Below, piece after piece: positions 9,098-17,708 of a DNA stretch of 17,708 nucleotides. The position numbers were made by a program, and so were the translations under genes. The stretch is from a virus (lineage: Duplodnaviria > Heunggongvirae > Uroviricota > Caudoviricetes): IMG/VR virus record IMGVR_UViG_2706794691_000004; one strand, written 5' to 3'. The notes under the pieces are model-generated. The model had not been told where the DNA came from. It did no database searches and saw only the letters and a list, made by a program, of their open reading frames with translations. Position 1 is the stretch's first letter. Each line of letters starts with the position of its first letter.

Positions 9098-9481
9098 TTA
9101 CGCTCTCCTTAACTGGATAGAGTAAACTGATGCGGAAGGATCTACACTTGCTGTAATTACCTCGTATCGTTGTAACTGCCTTGATACAGGATCATAAATC
9201 TCAATAATATGGTCGACAGCTGGTTTATCCGTAACCTCGCATACCAGAGCGGTTAATTTAAGGTCACCATGCAAAATATTAATCCCATCAATTCTGCCCA
9301 GCTTATAACGTGTCAACACGCCTCGCCCGGTATAGATTGCGGTTGATTCGCCGCCAGTTTCCGTCACAGGATCCCAGTGCCGGTGCGTAACGTAAGAACC
9401 AGAAAAATCACTCACGGCGTCCGCTAAATCCTCATCAAAAGCAGCGGCAACCTCTGACTGAATCTCTTCACGAAGCCCCAT
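9098..9481 (-). CDS. Head-tail connector / head closure protein (family uncertain)
   Basis: 127-aa ORF MGLREEIQSEVAAAFDEDLADAVSDF...; GAGGGGGG RBS; sits between other connector genes. Confidence 0.45.
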   Translation of the reverse strand: MGLREEIQSEVAAAFDEDLADAVSDFSGSYVTHRHWDPVTETGGESTAIYTGRGVLTRYKLGRIDGINILHGDLKLTALVCEVTDKPAVDHIIEIYDPVSRQLQRYEVITASVDPSASVYSIQLRRA

Positions 9482-9491
9482 TATCCCCCCC

Positions 9492-9803
9492 TCACAACCC
9501 TGACTTGTGAGCGACTAAGTCCGTACGGNNNNNNNNNNNNNNNNNNNNNNNNNNNNNNNNNNNNNNNNNNNNNNNNNNNNNNNNNNNNNNNNNNNNNNNN
9601 NNNNNNNNNNNNNNNNNNNNNNNNNNNNNNNNNNNNNNNNNNNNNNNNNNNNNNNNNNNNNNNNNNNNNNNNNNNNNNNNNNNNNNNNNNNNNNNNNNNN
9701 NNNNNNNNNNNNNNNNNNNNNNNNNNNNNNNNNNNNNNNNNNNNNNNNNNNNNNNNNNNNNNNNNNNNNNNNNNNNNNNNNNNNNNNNNNNNNNAGTGAT
9801 CAT
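9492..9803 (-). CDS. Probable head-tail adaptor, almost entirely masked
   Basis: ATG at 9803 preceded by GGAG; only MIT... and ...RTDLVAHKSGL are readable; rest is N (9529..9794). Confidence 0.3.
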   Translation of the reverse strand: MITXXXXXXXXXXXXXXXXXXXXXXXXXXXXXXXXXXXXXXXXXXXXXXXXXXXXXXXXXXXXXXXXXXXXXXXXXXXXXXXXXXXXXXXXXRTDLVAHKSGL

Positions 9804-9806
9804 GTG

Positions 9807-9983
9807 TTACTCCTGAGTTTTCCAGCCCATAGCCTTCCAGTTGTCAACTTCATCAGGATGAACATTAGCGATAGTTGGTGCGCCGGGAAACATCTGATAA
9901 TCGGTCACCATAACCACTAACTCAATTTGCGTTTTTTGTGCGGCTTCACGCTGTGCTCTTTGCTCTTTAGTTAATCCGGCCAT
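9807..9983 (-). CDS. Small hypothetical protein (58 aa), absent from the ORF track
   Basis: ATG at 9983 after a G-rich stretch; translation MAGLTKEQRAQREAAQKTQIELVVMVTDYQMFPGAPTIANVHPDEVDNWKAMGWKTQE; its last codons CAGGAGUAA supply the RBS for the gene starting at 9803. Confidence 0.35.
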   Translation of the reverse strand: MAGLTKEQRAQREAAQKTQIELVVMVTDYQMFPGAPTIANVHPDEVDNWKAMGWKTQE

Positions 9984-9993
9984 ATGCCCCCCA

Positions 9994-10018
9994 TTAAAAA
10001 TGGGGCCGAAGCCCCGTT
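9994..10018 (-). terminator. Intrinsic terminator just downstream of the major capsid gene
   Basis: mRNA reads GGGGC-UUCG-GCCCC followed by AUUUUUAAU, starting about 10 nt after the capsid stop codon. Confidence 0.6.
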
Positions 10019-10025
10019 TGAATGT

Positions 10026-11165
10026 TTAACCAAGAATCAGACAACCATGTGCCGGCTTCACTGATGAAACACCCCATGCCAGTCCAACTTCATAGCGCAC
10101 CTGGCGATACTGACGATACAGTGCAATCTGGAACGTAATCCCTGAAATCGGGTCCGTAACATTCATTACATCATCAGCATTATCGCCACCTTCCGGCATT
10201 GCCGGAGTACGGGATGCCAGCAGAAACGCGTTGCGATCAAACGCCATATTTGCAGTAAAGGCCCCAACAACTGTGATGGCAGTATCATCGGCCAGATCCT
10301 GACGCAGTCCGGGCGCTGCAAGAGTAATCAGATTGCTGGTCGCTGCTGCCACAACATACTGATTCGGATCACCAGCGAACGTAACAATCTGACCTGCAGA
10401 AATACTCCCCGAACCAGTATCAATGGAAATAAGAACATCGCCTTCTTTTTTCTCTCCATTCACGAGATAACCAGTTGCAGCAACCTTTGGCGCTCGTTTC
10501 ACACCTGCCGAACTGTGAATATTGAATCCCTCCAGACGCCCCAACACGCCCTCACGCAGTAGCTGTTCAGTGCCGGATTCATTCACTTTAAACAATACAG
10601 ACTGTTTTCCGCGCAAATTAGCAATGGCAGTGGAGCCAAGCACCATCTGCAGATCGGTTGTCGGTGCGCCGTTATCCTCCAGAACCTGACGAGCCAGAGC
10701 AGCATCAGAAAGATCATCTTTAACACCAAACGGCGTTGTCCCTGCGGTTCCCACGGCGCGGGAAGCACCGAAATACAACGCACCAAGATCAGCCTCAACC
10801 TCGTTTGCAAGGGCGCGAAAAGCCTGCTTGAACTGATCAGCCAGAATGGTGTTGTAAGTCCCTGAAGGGCCAAGAGCCAGTTGTTCTTCACCATTCCATT
10901 TAACCGGTGCCATTTTGGATTTAGTAATTTTTACATCAACAGTGCCAATATTTTGATCACCGGTATTCGGAGCTGACGGCCCCGGTACGATATCTTCGGT
11001 TTTCGCCTCAGGCGCAACTGGCGCGGTTACCGTCTGATCTTTTGCTGCGGCGTCAGCTTTTGCGTTTTTTGCTACCGCAGGGATAAAACCTACCTGCTCA
11101 CGGGATACAACATCCAGGGCGGTATAAATAGTCGGGATCAACCCGGTCAGGGTATTTCCAGCCAT
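10026..11165 (-). CDS. Major capsid protein
   Basis: Start chosen at MAGNTLTGLIPTIYTALDVVSREQ (ATG 11165, AAGGA about 10 nt upstream); 379 aa; position after the scaffold gene; strong terminator immediately downstream. Not lambda gpE-like. Confidence 0.7.
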   Translation of the reverse strand: MAGNTLTGLIPTIYTALDVVSREQVGFIPAVAKNAKADAAAKDQTVTAPVAPEAKTEDIVPGPSAPNTGDQNIGTVDVKITKSKMAPVKWNGEEQLALGPSGTYNTILADQFKQAFRALANEVEADLGALYFGASRAVGTAGTTPFGVKDDLSDAALARQVLEDNGAPTTDLQMVLGSTAIANLRGKQSVLFKVNESGTEQLLREGVLGRLEGFNIHSSAGVKRAPKVAATGYLVNGEKKEGDVLISIDTGSGSISAGQIVTFAGDPNQYVVAAATSNLITLAAPGLRQDLADDTAITVVGAFTANMAFDRNAFLLASRTPAMPEGGDNADDVMNVTDPISGITFQIALYRQYRQVRYEVGLAWGVSSVKPAHGCLILG

Positions 11166-11263
11166 AATTAAATATTCCTTAAAAATTTGCGTAATTGTGA
11201 ATAGATGGAGTAATGAGCTATCCAGCCCTGACACCAGCTCCCATCCGGAAGCTGACAAATGTG

Positions 11264-12028
11264 TTAATCAACGATTGTGATACCGTCTTTCAATGCGTTT
11301 TGCTTACCTGCAACATCCAGTGCATCAAAAGCAGAGCGTTTCATCGTTTTCTGACCAATATCATGCTGTGTCGGACGGGAGCCGCCGCCATTGTTGCCAC
11401 TGGCTTTCAGGATGTAGTCTTTCTGAGGGTAATTTTCGACAAGGAACTCCAGCGCCTCATCAAACTGCGCCAGTTCGCCAGGCTTCGCGCGGGAATAAAT
11501 TTTGTTGCCGGAAGCGTCATAAGCAACGATCCTCCCTTCTTCCACTTTGAATGCCTGCCCGAAGCGGGCTTGTAATAAATCTGCCGGAATCGCAATTTTA
11601 TCGGCAATATATTTTGAACCCGCAAAACTACCGCCAATCATAGAATCGTAAAGCTGCTTCTCCAGCATCTGAGAGCGTTGCTTTTCTTCATCTAATTGCT
11701 GCTGAAAATTTTTCGTAATTTCTGCCTTAACCTGGTCAACCTGTCCCGCATCGAGCAGCTTTTTCTGGTCGATTTTTGACAGCATTTCCAGTGCCTCGAT
11801 CGCCTTCTTCGGGTCTTCGATAGCGGCAAACTTAGCCAGTTTTTCCTCTGCAGCTTCTTTAGCCAGGCGATGATTTTTTGCCTCGCCATTAAGCTCTGTA
11901 ATTTTTTTTGTCGCCAGCGGTGCATCGAAGCCAATTTCTTTACCATCGTCGTGCACATAAACTGGCAGGCCAGCAGTATCAATTTCTGCGTATTGTTTTC
12001 CGTTAATCTCGACCGTTTTCAGTTTCAT
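11264..12028 (-). CDS. Capsid scaffolding protein
   Basis: Start chosen at MKLKTVEINGKQYAEID (ATG 12028); charged, helix/coiled-coil-like sequence ...LAKEAAEEKLAKFAAIEDPKKAIEALEMLSKIDQKKLL...; position between minor head and capsid genes. Confidence 0.6.
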   Translation of the reverse strand: MKLKTVEINGKQYAEIDTAGLPVYVHDDGKEIGFDAPLATKKITELNGEAKNHRLAKEAAEEKLAKFAAIEDPKKAIEALEMLSKIDQKKLLDAGQVDQVKAEITKNFQQQLDEEKQRSQMLEKQLYDSMIGGSFAGSKYIADKIAIPADLLQARFGQAFKVEEGRIVAYDASGNKIYSRAKPGELAQFDEALEFLVENYPQKDYILKASGNNGGGSRPTQHDIGQKTMKRSAFDALDVAGKQNALKDGITIVD

Positions 12029-12085
12029 ATTAGTACCTGGTTTAAGTCTTCCGACAGTTACGCTGCTCACCATCCGGATCGCAGC

Positions 12086-12113
12086 AATAAAAAAGGCCAC
12101 CCGAAGGTAGCCT
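12086..12113 (-). terminator. Intrinsic-terminator-like hairpin between the minor head and scaffold genes
   Basis: mRNA reads AGGCUACC-UUCG-GGUGGCCU followed by UUUUUUAUUG. Confidence 0.5.
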
Positions 12114-12132
12114 GTTGTAATAAATGATTTAT

Positions 12133-13248
12133 TTAAATCCCTGCTTTTCTGAATACCTGTGCATCACGCTCACGGAGCTGCTTCAGCGTCAGCCATTCGC
12201 CTTTATCGGTGTAAAATTCATCTGGCGACATACCACCATCCCGAATCAGCTTTGCTCGGCTTTCCCCCACAATCTGTTTTTGTCTGGTGTAAGGCTGACG
12301 CAAAAACCATTCCCTGTAGGTTGTATCTCCGGCCACCACGCCATCCATGCTGGCCCGCTCAGCCGGGGAAATATCGCGAACATCAATACCCAGTTCCTTC
12401 GCTGATTTCAGAATGAACGTTTCCGTTGAGCGGCAGCAGAAATGAATTTTTCCCGGCCCCTGCAAATAAGGCACGCTGTGACCTACAGGTTTATTATTCA
12501 GCGTATATTTGAGGCGATCCCTGATTCGACATTGTGGCGTAGTACGATTATCAAGCGTTGATAACCATTGCTTACCCTTAATCAAATCATTATTCGCGCT
12601 GGCAAAACTCTCACGGGCAGTAGCAGCAAGATGTCCAACCGCTGTTTTTGCAATGCTGGCCGCATTAGCCCGGCTCATCTGCAATGCACCATCCTGAAAT
12701 CCCTTACTGACATGTCCCCGAATTTTTCTTGCGATCTGCTCATTGGTATCCCCCAGCAAAAAACCCTGACGCACTGTATTTGTTATGCGTCTGAGCCGAT
12801 CCGCCTCAAGATCTGAGGCCCACTCACTGAGCAGTCGTCCCTGGAATGGTCGCGCCATTGCAGCGGCATAAAGTGCATCAGGAGAGATACCAACCAGAGG
12901 GTGAACATCAGCAACAAAATCAGGTAGCATAGAATCAAACAGACTTAACTGATAACCAGCCTCATAAATTGCCAGCTCGTTCAGCTCTCCGGAGAGACTG
13001 GTAAACATGCTGTTAATAGCAGTGCGGTTAACCTCTCTGACGCTCGCCAGAAGTGACTCCAGGCGCTTAACGGTAAAACTACCTGGATCGAGGCTGTCCA
13101 GTGCTATCAGCAGGCGAGCAGTAAGTTCCGCATCGCTGTCATTCAGTATTTTCACCATTCTGGCAGCCACGCCAGTGCTATAGCGGGATATCCAGACTGC
13201 ATGAGCAATTGATTCATCACGCAGCCGTTCATTCACGGTTTGCATCAT
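12133..13248 (-). CDS. Minor head protein, phage Mu F / SPP1 gp7-like head morphogenesis family
   Basis: 371-aa ORF immediately after the portal gene with 20-nt overlap; segment KGKQWLSTLDNRTTPQCRIRDRLKYT fits the Mu-F-like domain pattern as I recall it. Confidence 0.6.
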   Translation of the reverse strand: MMQTVNERLRDESIAHAVWISRYSTGVAARMVKILNDSDAELTARLLIALDSLDPGSFTVKRLESLLASVREVNRTAINSMFTSLSGELNELAIYEAGYQLSLFDSMLPDFVADVHPLVGISPDALYAAAMARPFQGRLLSEWASDLEADRLRRITNTVRQGFLLGDTNEQIARKIRGHVSKGFQDGALQMSRANAASIAKTAVGHLAATARESFASANNDLIKGKQWLSTLDNRTTPQCRIRDRLKYTLNNKPVGHSVPYLQGPGKIHFCCRSTETFILKSAKELGIDVRDISPAERASMDGVVAGDTTYREWFLRQPYTRQKQIVGESRAKLIRDGGMSPDEFYTDKGEWLTLKQLRERDAQVFRKAGI

Positions 13249-14658
13249 TGATTTCCATCAGCATTACACTCTGATTTTTTAATTCATCGATCACTTCCTC
13301 TGGACGGGAATCCTGATCGATAAATTTCAACGCCTGCAACACCCGAACCGCATCAATCTGACGTATATCACCGCCCTGACGCAATGACTGAACAGCCAGC
13401 GCGGAGGATGAGTCAAACACCTGGGCAGATACATCCAGTTCAGTGCGCACATCCACATTGCCACCGCAACTCTCTCCGATCCATTCCGCCATTATCTGGA
13501 GAATATTATCGAGGGCATCTTCGAGGGAGTTCGCCATTGTATAAAGCGGCGAGTTTTCCTGCATTCGCTCTTCATTAGTCTGATCAACAGATTTGGTGGA
13601 TGTATTTTCAGCACGCAGNNNNNNNNNNNNNNNNNNNNNNNNNNNNNNNNNNNNNNNNNNNNNNNNNNNNNNNNNNNNNNNNNNNNNNNNNNNNNNNNNN
13701 NNNNNNNNNNNNNNNNNNNNNNNNNNNNNNNNNNNNNNNNNNNNNNNNNNNNNNNNNNNNNNNNNNNNNNNNNNNNNNNNNNNNNNNNNNNNNNNNNNNN
13801 NNNNNNNNNNNNNNNNNNNNNNNNNNNNNNNNNNNNNNNNNNNNNNNNNNNNNNNNNNNNNNNNNNNNNNNNNNNNNNNNNNNNNNNNNNAGATTAAGCA
13901 ATGGCGGTGTACCACGCATAAATCCTGTTTTCTTCGTGTACAGTGTTACCAGAGGAATATCATCACGGCTGGTATTCCATGACTCATGAAGCGTCCAGAC
14001 AGATTNNNNNNNNNNNNNNNNNNNNNNNNNNNNNNNNNNNNNNNNNNNNNNNNNNNNNNNNNNNNNNNNNNNNNNNNNNNNNNNNNNNNNNNNNNNNNNN
14101 NNNNNNNNNNNNNNNNNNNNNNNNNNNNNNNNNNNNNNNNNNNNNNNNNNNNNNNNNNNNNNNNNNNNNNNNNNNNNNNNNNNNNNNNNNNNNNNNNNNN
14201 NNNNNNNNNNNNNNNNNNNNNNNNNNNNNNNNNNNNNNNNNNNNNNNNNNNNNNNNNNNNTCTTTCATATCCGTTCGTGGATAGTCCACCAGCGCATGTG
14301 CCACACCATACTGAAATGCGAGGCTGAAAAATTGCTGCGCCCACACATCCAGTCGGCTCCCCTCCATGTCGATATTTTCTGCATATTCCCTGATTTTTGC
14401 CGGCGTTTCCTCACTCAATACTGTCGGCTCTGCAAATATGCGCCCAATATTTTGCTTGATGCTTTCTTCATACACAGGAAGTAGCGTAGCCACAGACAGG
14501 CGTTTTTTATAAGCGTCTTCATCTTCGTTAGGCCATTTTGGGAGATAATTTTCCCCCTGCCTGCGCATTTCAAGCGTACCGCCCATCAGTGCGTCGTTAA
14601 TATCCCACGCCTCCAGCATATCGTTATAGTCGAGGTTGGGTGTTGATATATCAGCCAT
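13229..14658 (-). CDS. Portal protein (interrupted by two N runs)
   Basis: ATG at 14658, 2 nt after the large terminase stop; N-terminus MADISTPNLDYNDMLEAWDINDALMGGTLEMRRQGENYLPKW...; about 475 aa; canonical position after the large terminase. Confidence 0.65.
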
Positions 14659-14660
14659 AA

Positions 14661-15971
14661 TTAAATCCGAAGTGATGTGACTCTTCCGGTCGGTTTGACA
14701 ATAGGGAATTGCTTAACGATGAAATAACCTCCGGCATCATTCGGGTGATCATTGCCAGATTTTTTATCAGGCTCCCCCTTCTCATCCCAGACCTGTTGCT
14801 CCAGAGATTCGGCATATAACGGGCAACGCTTCACATTAACTTTATAGCGACGCTCACCATTGGCATTGCAGAACATTGCATTCATTGAGTTAACGCGATC
14901 TTTTACTGGCGGGTTCGAGCTGTTCACCACAACGTTAAAACCAGCCTGCTTAAGCTGGGCTATATCCGTCGTACTTGCGTTACTTGATTTTCTGGAATCC
15001 CCGGAAGCATCTGGATAAATATAAATTTCCCTCACTTTCCGGTAATCATTCCCATCATACAGCCAGAAGCGTTCTTTAATGATGCGGATCATATCCGGCG
15101 TATCGTAGGCATTGATGATTTCAGTTACCGCACATGGAAGCCCCAAACGCAGCACATGGACGATTCCCGCCATCTTTCCAACGTTAAAATCCATCCCAAT
15201 ATAAATCGGCTCCCCTGGCTGCTCCACTTCTTCGCAATTATTCAGTTTCCGGTCAAACTGATGGTAAACAGTACCACTTGTCAGGTTAGTAAACTGTCCT
15301 CGAAGATAGGCTTTAATCAGCTCTGGAGGGTATGATTCAAGAAGCGAAGGAATGTAATCTGCTGGCAGGTTCTTTTCATTATCGAAAGTAGATGCCTGCA
15401 CCAGACCATACAGTGAGGCCAGCTCTGTTTTTTCACGCACGGCTTTAACAAACTGCTCGTAGACAAATTTGAATCCTTCCGGCGTGGTTGTAACGTCAAT
15501 ACCGTTGCGAAGTCCATCAATCTTATAACGCATACGTGCAATTATCTTGCGCCACGCCGTTCTGGCTTTTTCCTTCGGCAAAATGTCCAGTTCATCCACC
15601 AACGCATTACCAATTTTGAAACCGACGATCGTTTGTGGCTTCTCCATCGATCTGCAGATAGTGGTTCCCCGATACTGGCGTCCGTAATAAAAGTGAACCT
15701 CTTTATTTCCCTCATTAATTTTTACGTTCAATCCCCAGTCAGCAGCAACTTCTTCCACTGTAGGGTAAAAAATATCGCGAATTTGGGGATACGTTGGCGC
15801 AAAATATCCCTGATTTATACCTGGATGCTCCCAAATCCCCTTGCATATGCCGCCACACCCAACCCATGTTTTGCCCGAGCCAAAACCAGCAATATAGGCT
15901 TTAAATTTATGGGGCATTGAAAGAAATCGCGCCTGAGGCACATTAAGCGTCGGAGAGATCATCTTCATCAC
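14661..15971 (-). CDS. Terminase large subunit
   Basis: 436-aa ORF with Walker A AYIAGFGSGKT near the N-terminus and acidic motifs (VDELD; YIYPDASGD) consistent with ATPase and nuclease domains. Confidence 0.85.
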   Translation of the reverse strand: MMKMISPTLNVPQARFLSMPHKFKAYIAGFGSGKTWVGCGGICKGIWEHPGINQGYFAPTYPQIRDIFYPTVEEVAADWGLNVKINEGNKEVHFYYGRQYRGTTICRSMEKPQTIVGFKIGNALVDELDILPKEKARTAWRKIIARMRYKIDGLRNGIDVTTTPEGFKFVYEQFVKAVREKTELASLYGLVQASTFDNEKNLPADYIPSLLESYPPELIKAYLRGQFTNLTSGTVYHQFDRKLNNCEEVEQPGEPIYIGMDFNVGKMAGIVHVLRLGLPCAVTEIINAYDTPDMIRIIKERFWLYDGNDYRKVREIYIYPDASGDSRKSSNASTTDIAQLKQAGFNVVVNSSNPPVKDRVNSMNAMFCNANGERRYKVNVKRCPLYAESLEQQVWDEKGEPDKKSGNDHPNDAGGYFIVKQFPIVKPTGRVTSLRI

Positions 15972-17044
15972 TCCTTACTCTGGCATCAACCACATTAATA
16001 TTGATCGCCACAGGCTGGGGATGTTCATTATCTTCCACCGTTTCGATCTCTTTGCGCAGCTTCTGGTTTTCCATTCTGCGCCGTTCAATTTCCAGTTCCC
16101 GTAGCCGCTTATCTGCACATAAAGCCCCGCCAGCAGAAAACAAACGCAACAATTCACGCCGGGCGGCAGCCTTATCCTCCAGCAGGATCTCAACGCCGAA
16201 TTTTCCGAATTTTGCCCCTGCATATAATTGCCGCGCATCCCCATCAAGCAGAGTGGTATCAGCCATATAAAGCTGTCCCGTTCCCTCACCGCAGCACTTC
16301 GGGCAGTCCGGATTGGGTATGGCGTTATCAACAAAGCCGAGGCCTCCATATTCCGGTTCGGGTTTGCCATCTCTGGAAGCCTGCGCCGCTGCCTTGTCGA
16401 ATTCTGCTATATCGCGCCACTGGTAGAGATGATTCTCGCCCCAGCAATAACGGCAGTTAACACGGCGAAATTGTGCAAGCTGATTGGGGTCGGCCAGGAC
16501 AATAGCCATCAACTGACTCACTAGTAAATCCAGGTCTGCGGTATAGCGTTTCTGGTACTGATTGCGGAAGTAGCTGANNNNNNNNNNNNNNNNNNNNNNN
16601 NNNNNNNNNNNNNNNNNNNNNNNNNNNNNNNNNNNNNNNNNNNNNNNNNNNNNNNNNNNNNNNNNNNNNNNNNNNNNNNNNNNNNNNNNNNNNNNNNNNN
16701 NNNNNNNNNNNNNNNNNNNNNNNNNNNNNNNNNNNNNNNNNNNNNNNNNNNNNNNNNNNNNNNNNNNNNNNNNNNNNNNNNNNNNNNNNNNNNNNNNNNN
16801 NNNNNNNNNNNNNNNNNNNNNNNNNNNNNNNNNNNTGTGCAGTCTGCGCAGATTTTTTCTGCGCACTTTTTTGCGCAGTTTTGCACATTTCTGTCTGCGC
16901 ATTTTTCGGAGTTTTTTTGATGTAACGACGGGCTGTTGCGTAATTCAGTCCCCTTGCTTCACACCATGCCACCGGAGATATACCGGAGCGGGTGTATTCA
17001 GCAATATACTCCTGCTGCAACGCCCCCCAGTCCGGTCTGCTCAT
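15943..17044 (-). CDS. Terminase small subunit (N-terminal HTH segment plus Cys-rich C-terminal segment; may be two genes)
   Basis: N-terminus MSRPDWGALQQEYIAEYTRSGISPVAWCEARGLNYATARRYIKK resembles a small-terminase HTH; after the N run the ORF encodes CRYCW...DCPKCCGEG and a basic coiled tail ...RLRELEIERRRMENQKLRKEIE, overlapping the large terminase start. Frames differ across the N run at 16578..16835. Confidence 0.55.
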
Positions 17045-17047
17045 CAG

Positions 17048-17708
17048 TTAGTCCTGATTTTTATCCACCCTGAGTAGTTCGCGCAGAGCAAAGGCATCCC
17101 CTTTTCTGGCAAGCTTAAACAATGCCGCTCGTAACTCGGCTNNNNNNNNNNNNNNNNNNNNNNNNNNNNNNNNNNNNNNNNNNNNNNNNNNNNNNNNNNN
17201 NNNNNNNNNNNNNNNNNNNNNNNNNNNNNNNNNNNNNNNNNNNNNNNNNNNNNNNNNNNNNNNNNNNNNNNNNNNNNNNNNNNNNNNNNNNNNNNNNNNN
17301 NNNNNNNNNNNNNNNNNNNNNNNNNNNNNNNNNNNNNNNNNNNNNNNNNNNNNNNNNNNNNNNNNNNNNNNNNNNNNNNNNNNNNNNNNNNNNNNNNNNN
17401 NNNNNNNNNNNNNNNNNNGACTGGCACCCATAAGTGAGATTTTTACGCACGACGGCGCATACATGACGGAGTAAAAACTTTTAACGTAGGTTCCGGAATC
17501 CAGATACAGCTCGGTCATTCCGCCGCTGTTTTTCTGCGTCTGTTTCTGCCCTAACTGGACAGCACCGATCGTCATAAACAATTCACCACAGCGACCGAGA
17601 TTCGTGTACGTATTCACATCCTCGTTAATGCGCCCCATGAATGAGAACGGTCGATCAACCGAACAGATAAAGCTGTTCATTGCCTTGCGTTTCACCCACG
17701 AAGCATGG
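17048..17708 (-). CDS. Hypothetical protein upstream of the small terminase, function unassigned
   Basis: Minus-strand ORF; the track's start at 17695 is a GTG and the frame is still open at the window edge, so the gene may begin outside the window; readable part ...KRKAMNSFICSVDRPFSFMGRINEDVNTYTNLGRCGELFMTIGAVQLGQ...; stop is 1 nt before the small terminase ATG; contains the N run 17142..17418. Confidence 0.4.
   Translation of the reverse strand, partial: HASWVKRKAMNSFICSVDRPFSFMGRINEDVNTYTNLGRCGELFMTIGAVQLGQKQTQKNSGGMTELYLDSGTYVKSFYSVMYAPSCVKISLMGASXXXXXXXXXXXXXXXXXXXXXXXXXXXXXXXXXXXXXXXXXXXXXXXXXXXXXXXXXXXXXXXXXXXXXXXXXXXXXXXXXXXXXXXXXXXXXAELRAALFKLARKGDAFALRELLRVDKNQD

Noticed and set aside
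10026-11258. Longer start for the capsid gene at 11258 (410 aa) and for the scaffold gene at 12100 (278 aa)
   Set aside because: The internal ATGs at 11165 and 12028 have proper RBS spacing; the longer scaffold version would be translated through the terminator hairpin at 12086..12113, and the longer capsid version would overlap the scaffold 3' end.
118-16524. Plus-strand ORFs from the track (for example 546..935, 1849..2253, 2267..2995, 4747..5034, 5741..6088, 11213..11575, 16001..16270)
   Set aside because: Each lies antisense within a convincing minus-strand structural gene; the longer ones fall in GC-rich lambda-like sequence where antisense frames stay open by chance; none has a plausible RBS or recognisable protein features.
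1-17708. Search for a defence, anti-defence, toxin-antitoxin or other accessory cassette, plus tRNA, rRNA, CRISPR repeats, integrase or transposase
   Set aside because: Every unmasked coding interval is accounted for by a morphogenesis gene in canonical order on one strand; no spacer exceeds about 165 nt; no repeat array or tRNA-like structure seen. Anything of that kind would have to be in masked sequence or outside the window.

Overview
This 17.7 kb window is one contiguous late (virion morphogenesis) operon of a lambdoid siphovirus or prophage, encoded entirely on the minus strand. Gene order from the right end of the window to the left is: unassigned ORF, small terminase, large terminase (Walker A AGFGSGKT), portal, Mu-F/SPP1-gp7-like minor head protein, scaffold, major capsid, a small unlisted ORF, four head-tail connector proteins, major tail protein, tail assembly chaperone G with a -1 frameshifted G-T extension, tape measure protein, then tail-tip genes M, L, K, I and the first ~306 codons of J. 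The L-K-I-J block at 1..2971 reads as essentially phage lambda (recalled from memory, not searched) and looks GC-rich by eye. The M-like, tape measure, chaperone and connector genes at about 3000..9500 are not lambda-like and look AT-richer, so the tail is mosaic with a junction near the M/L boundary. Three intrinsic-terminator-like hairpins sit inside the operon. Eight N runs (255-277 nt each, about 12% of the window) interrupt the tape measure, major tail, portal, small terminase, one connector gene and the rightmost ORF; reading frames do not match across several of them, so those gene lengths are approximate. I found no rRNA, tRNA, CRISPR array, integrase, transposase, or recognisable defence, anti-defence or toxin cassette in the unmasked sequence. 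The largest untranslated spacer is about 165 nt, so any inserted system would have to lie in masked sequence or outside the window. All protein identifications are from reading the translations and recalled family features; no database search was run.
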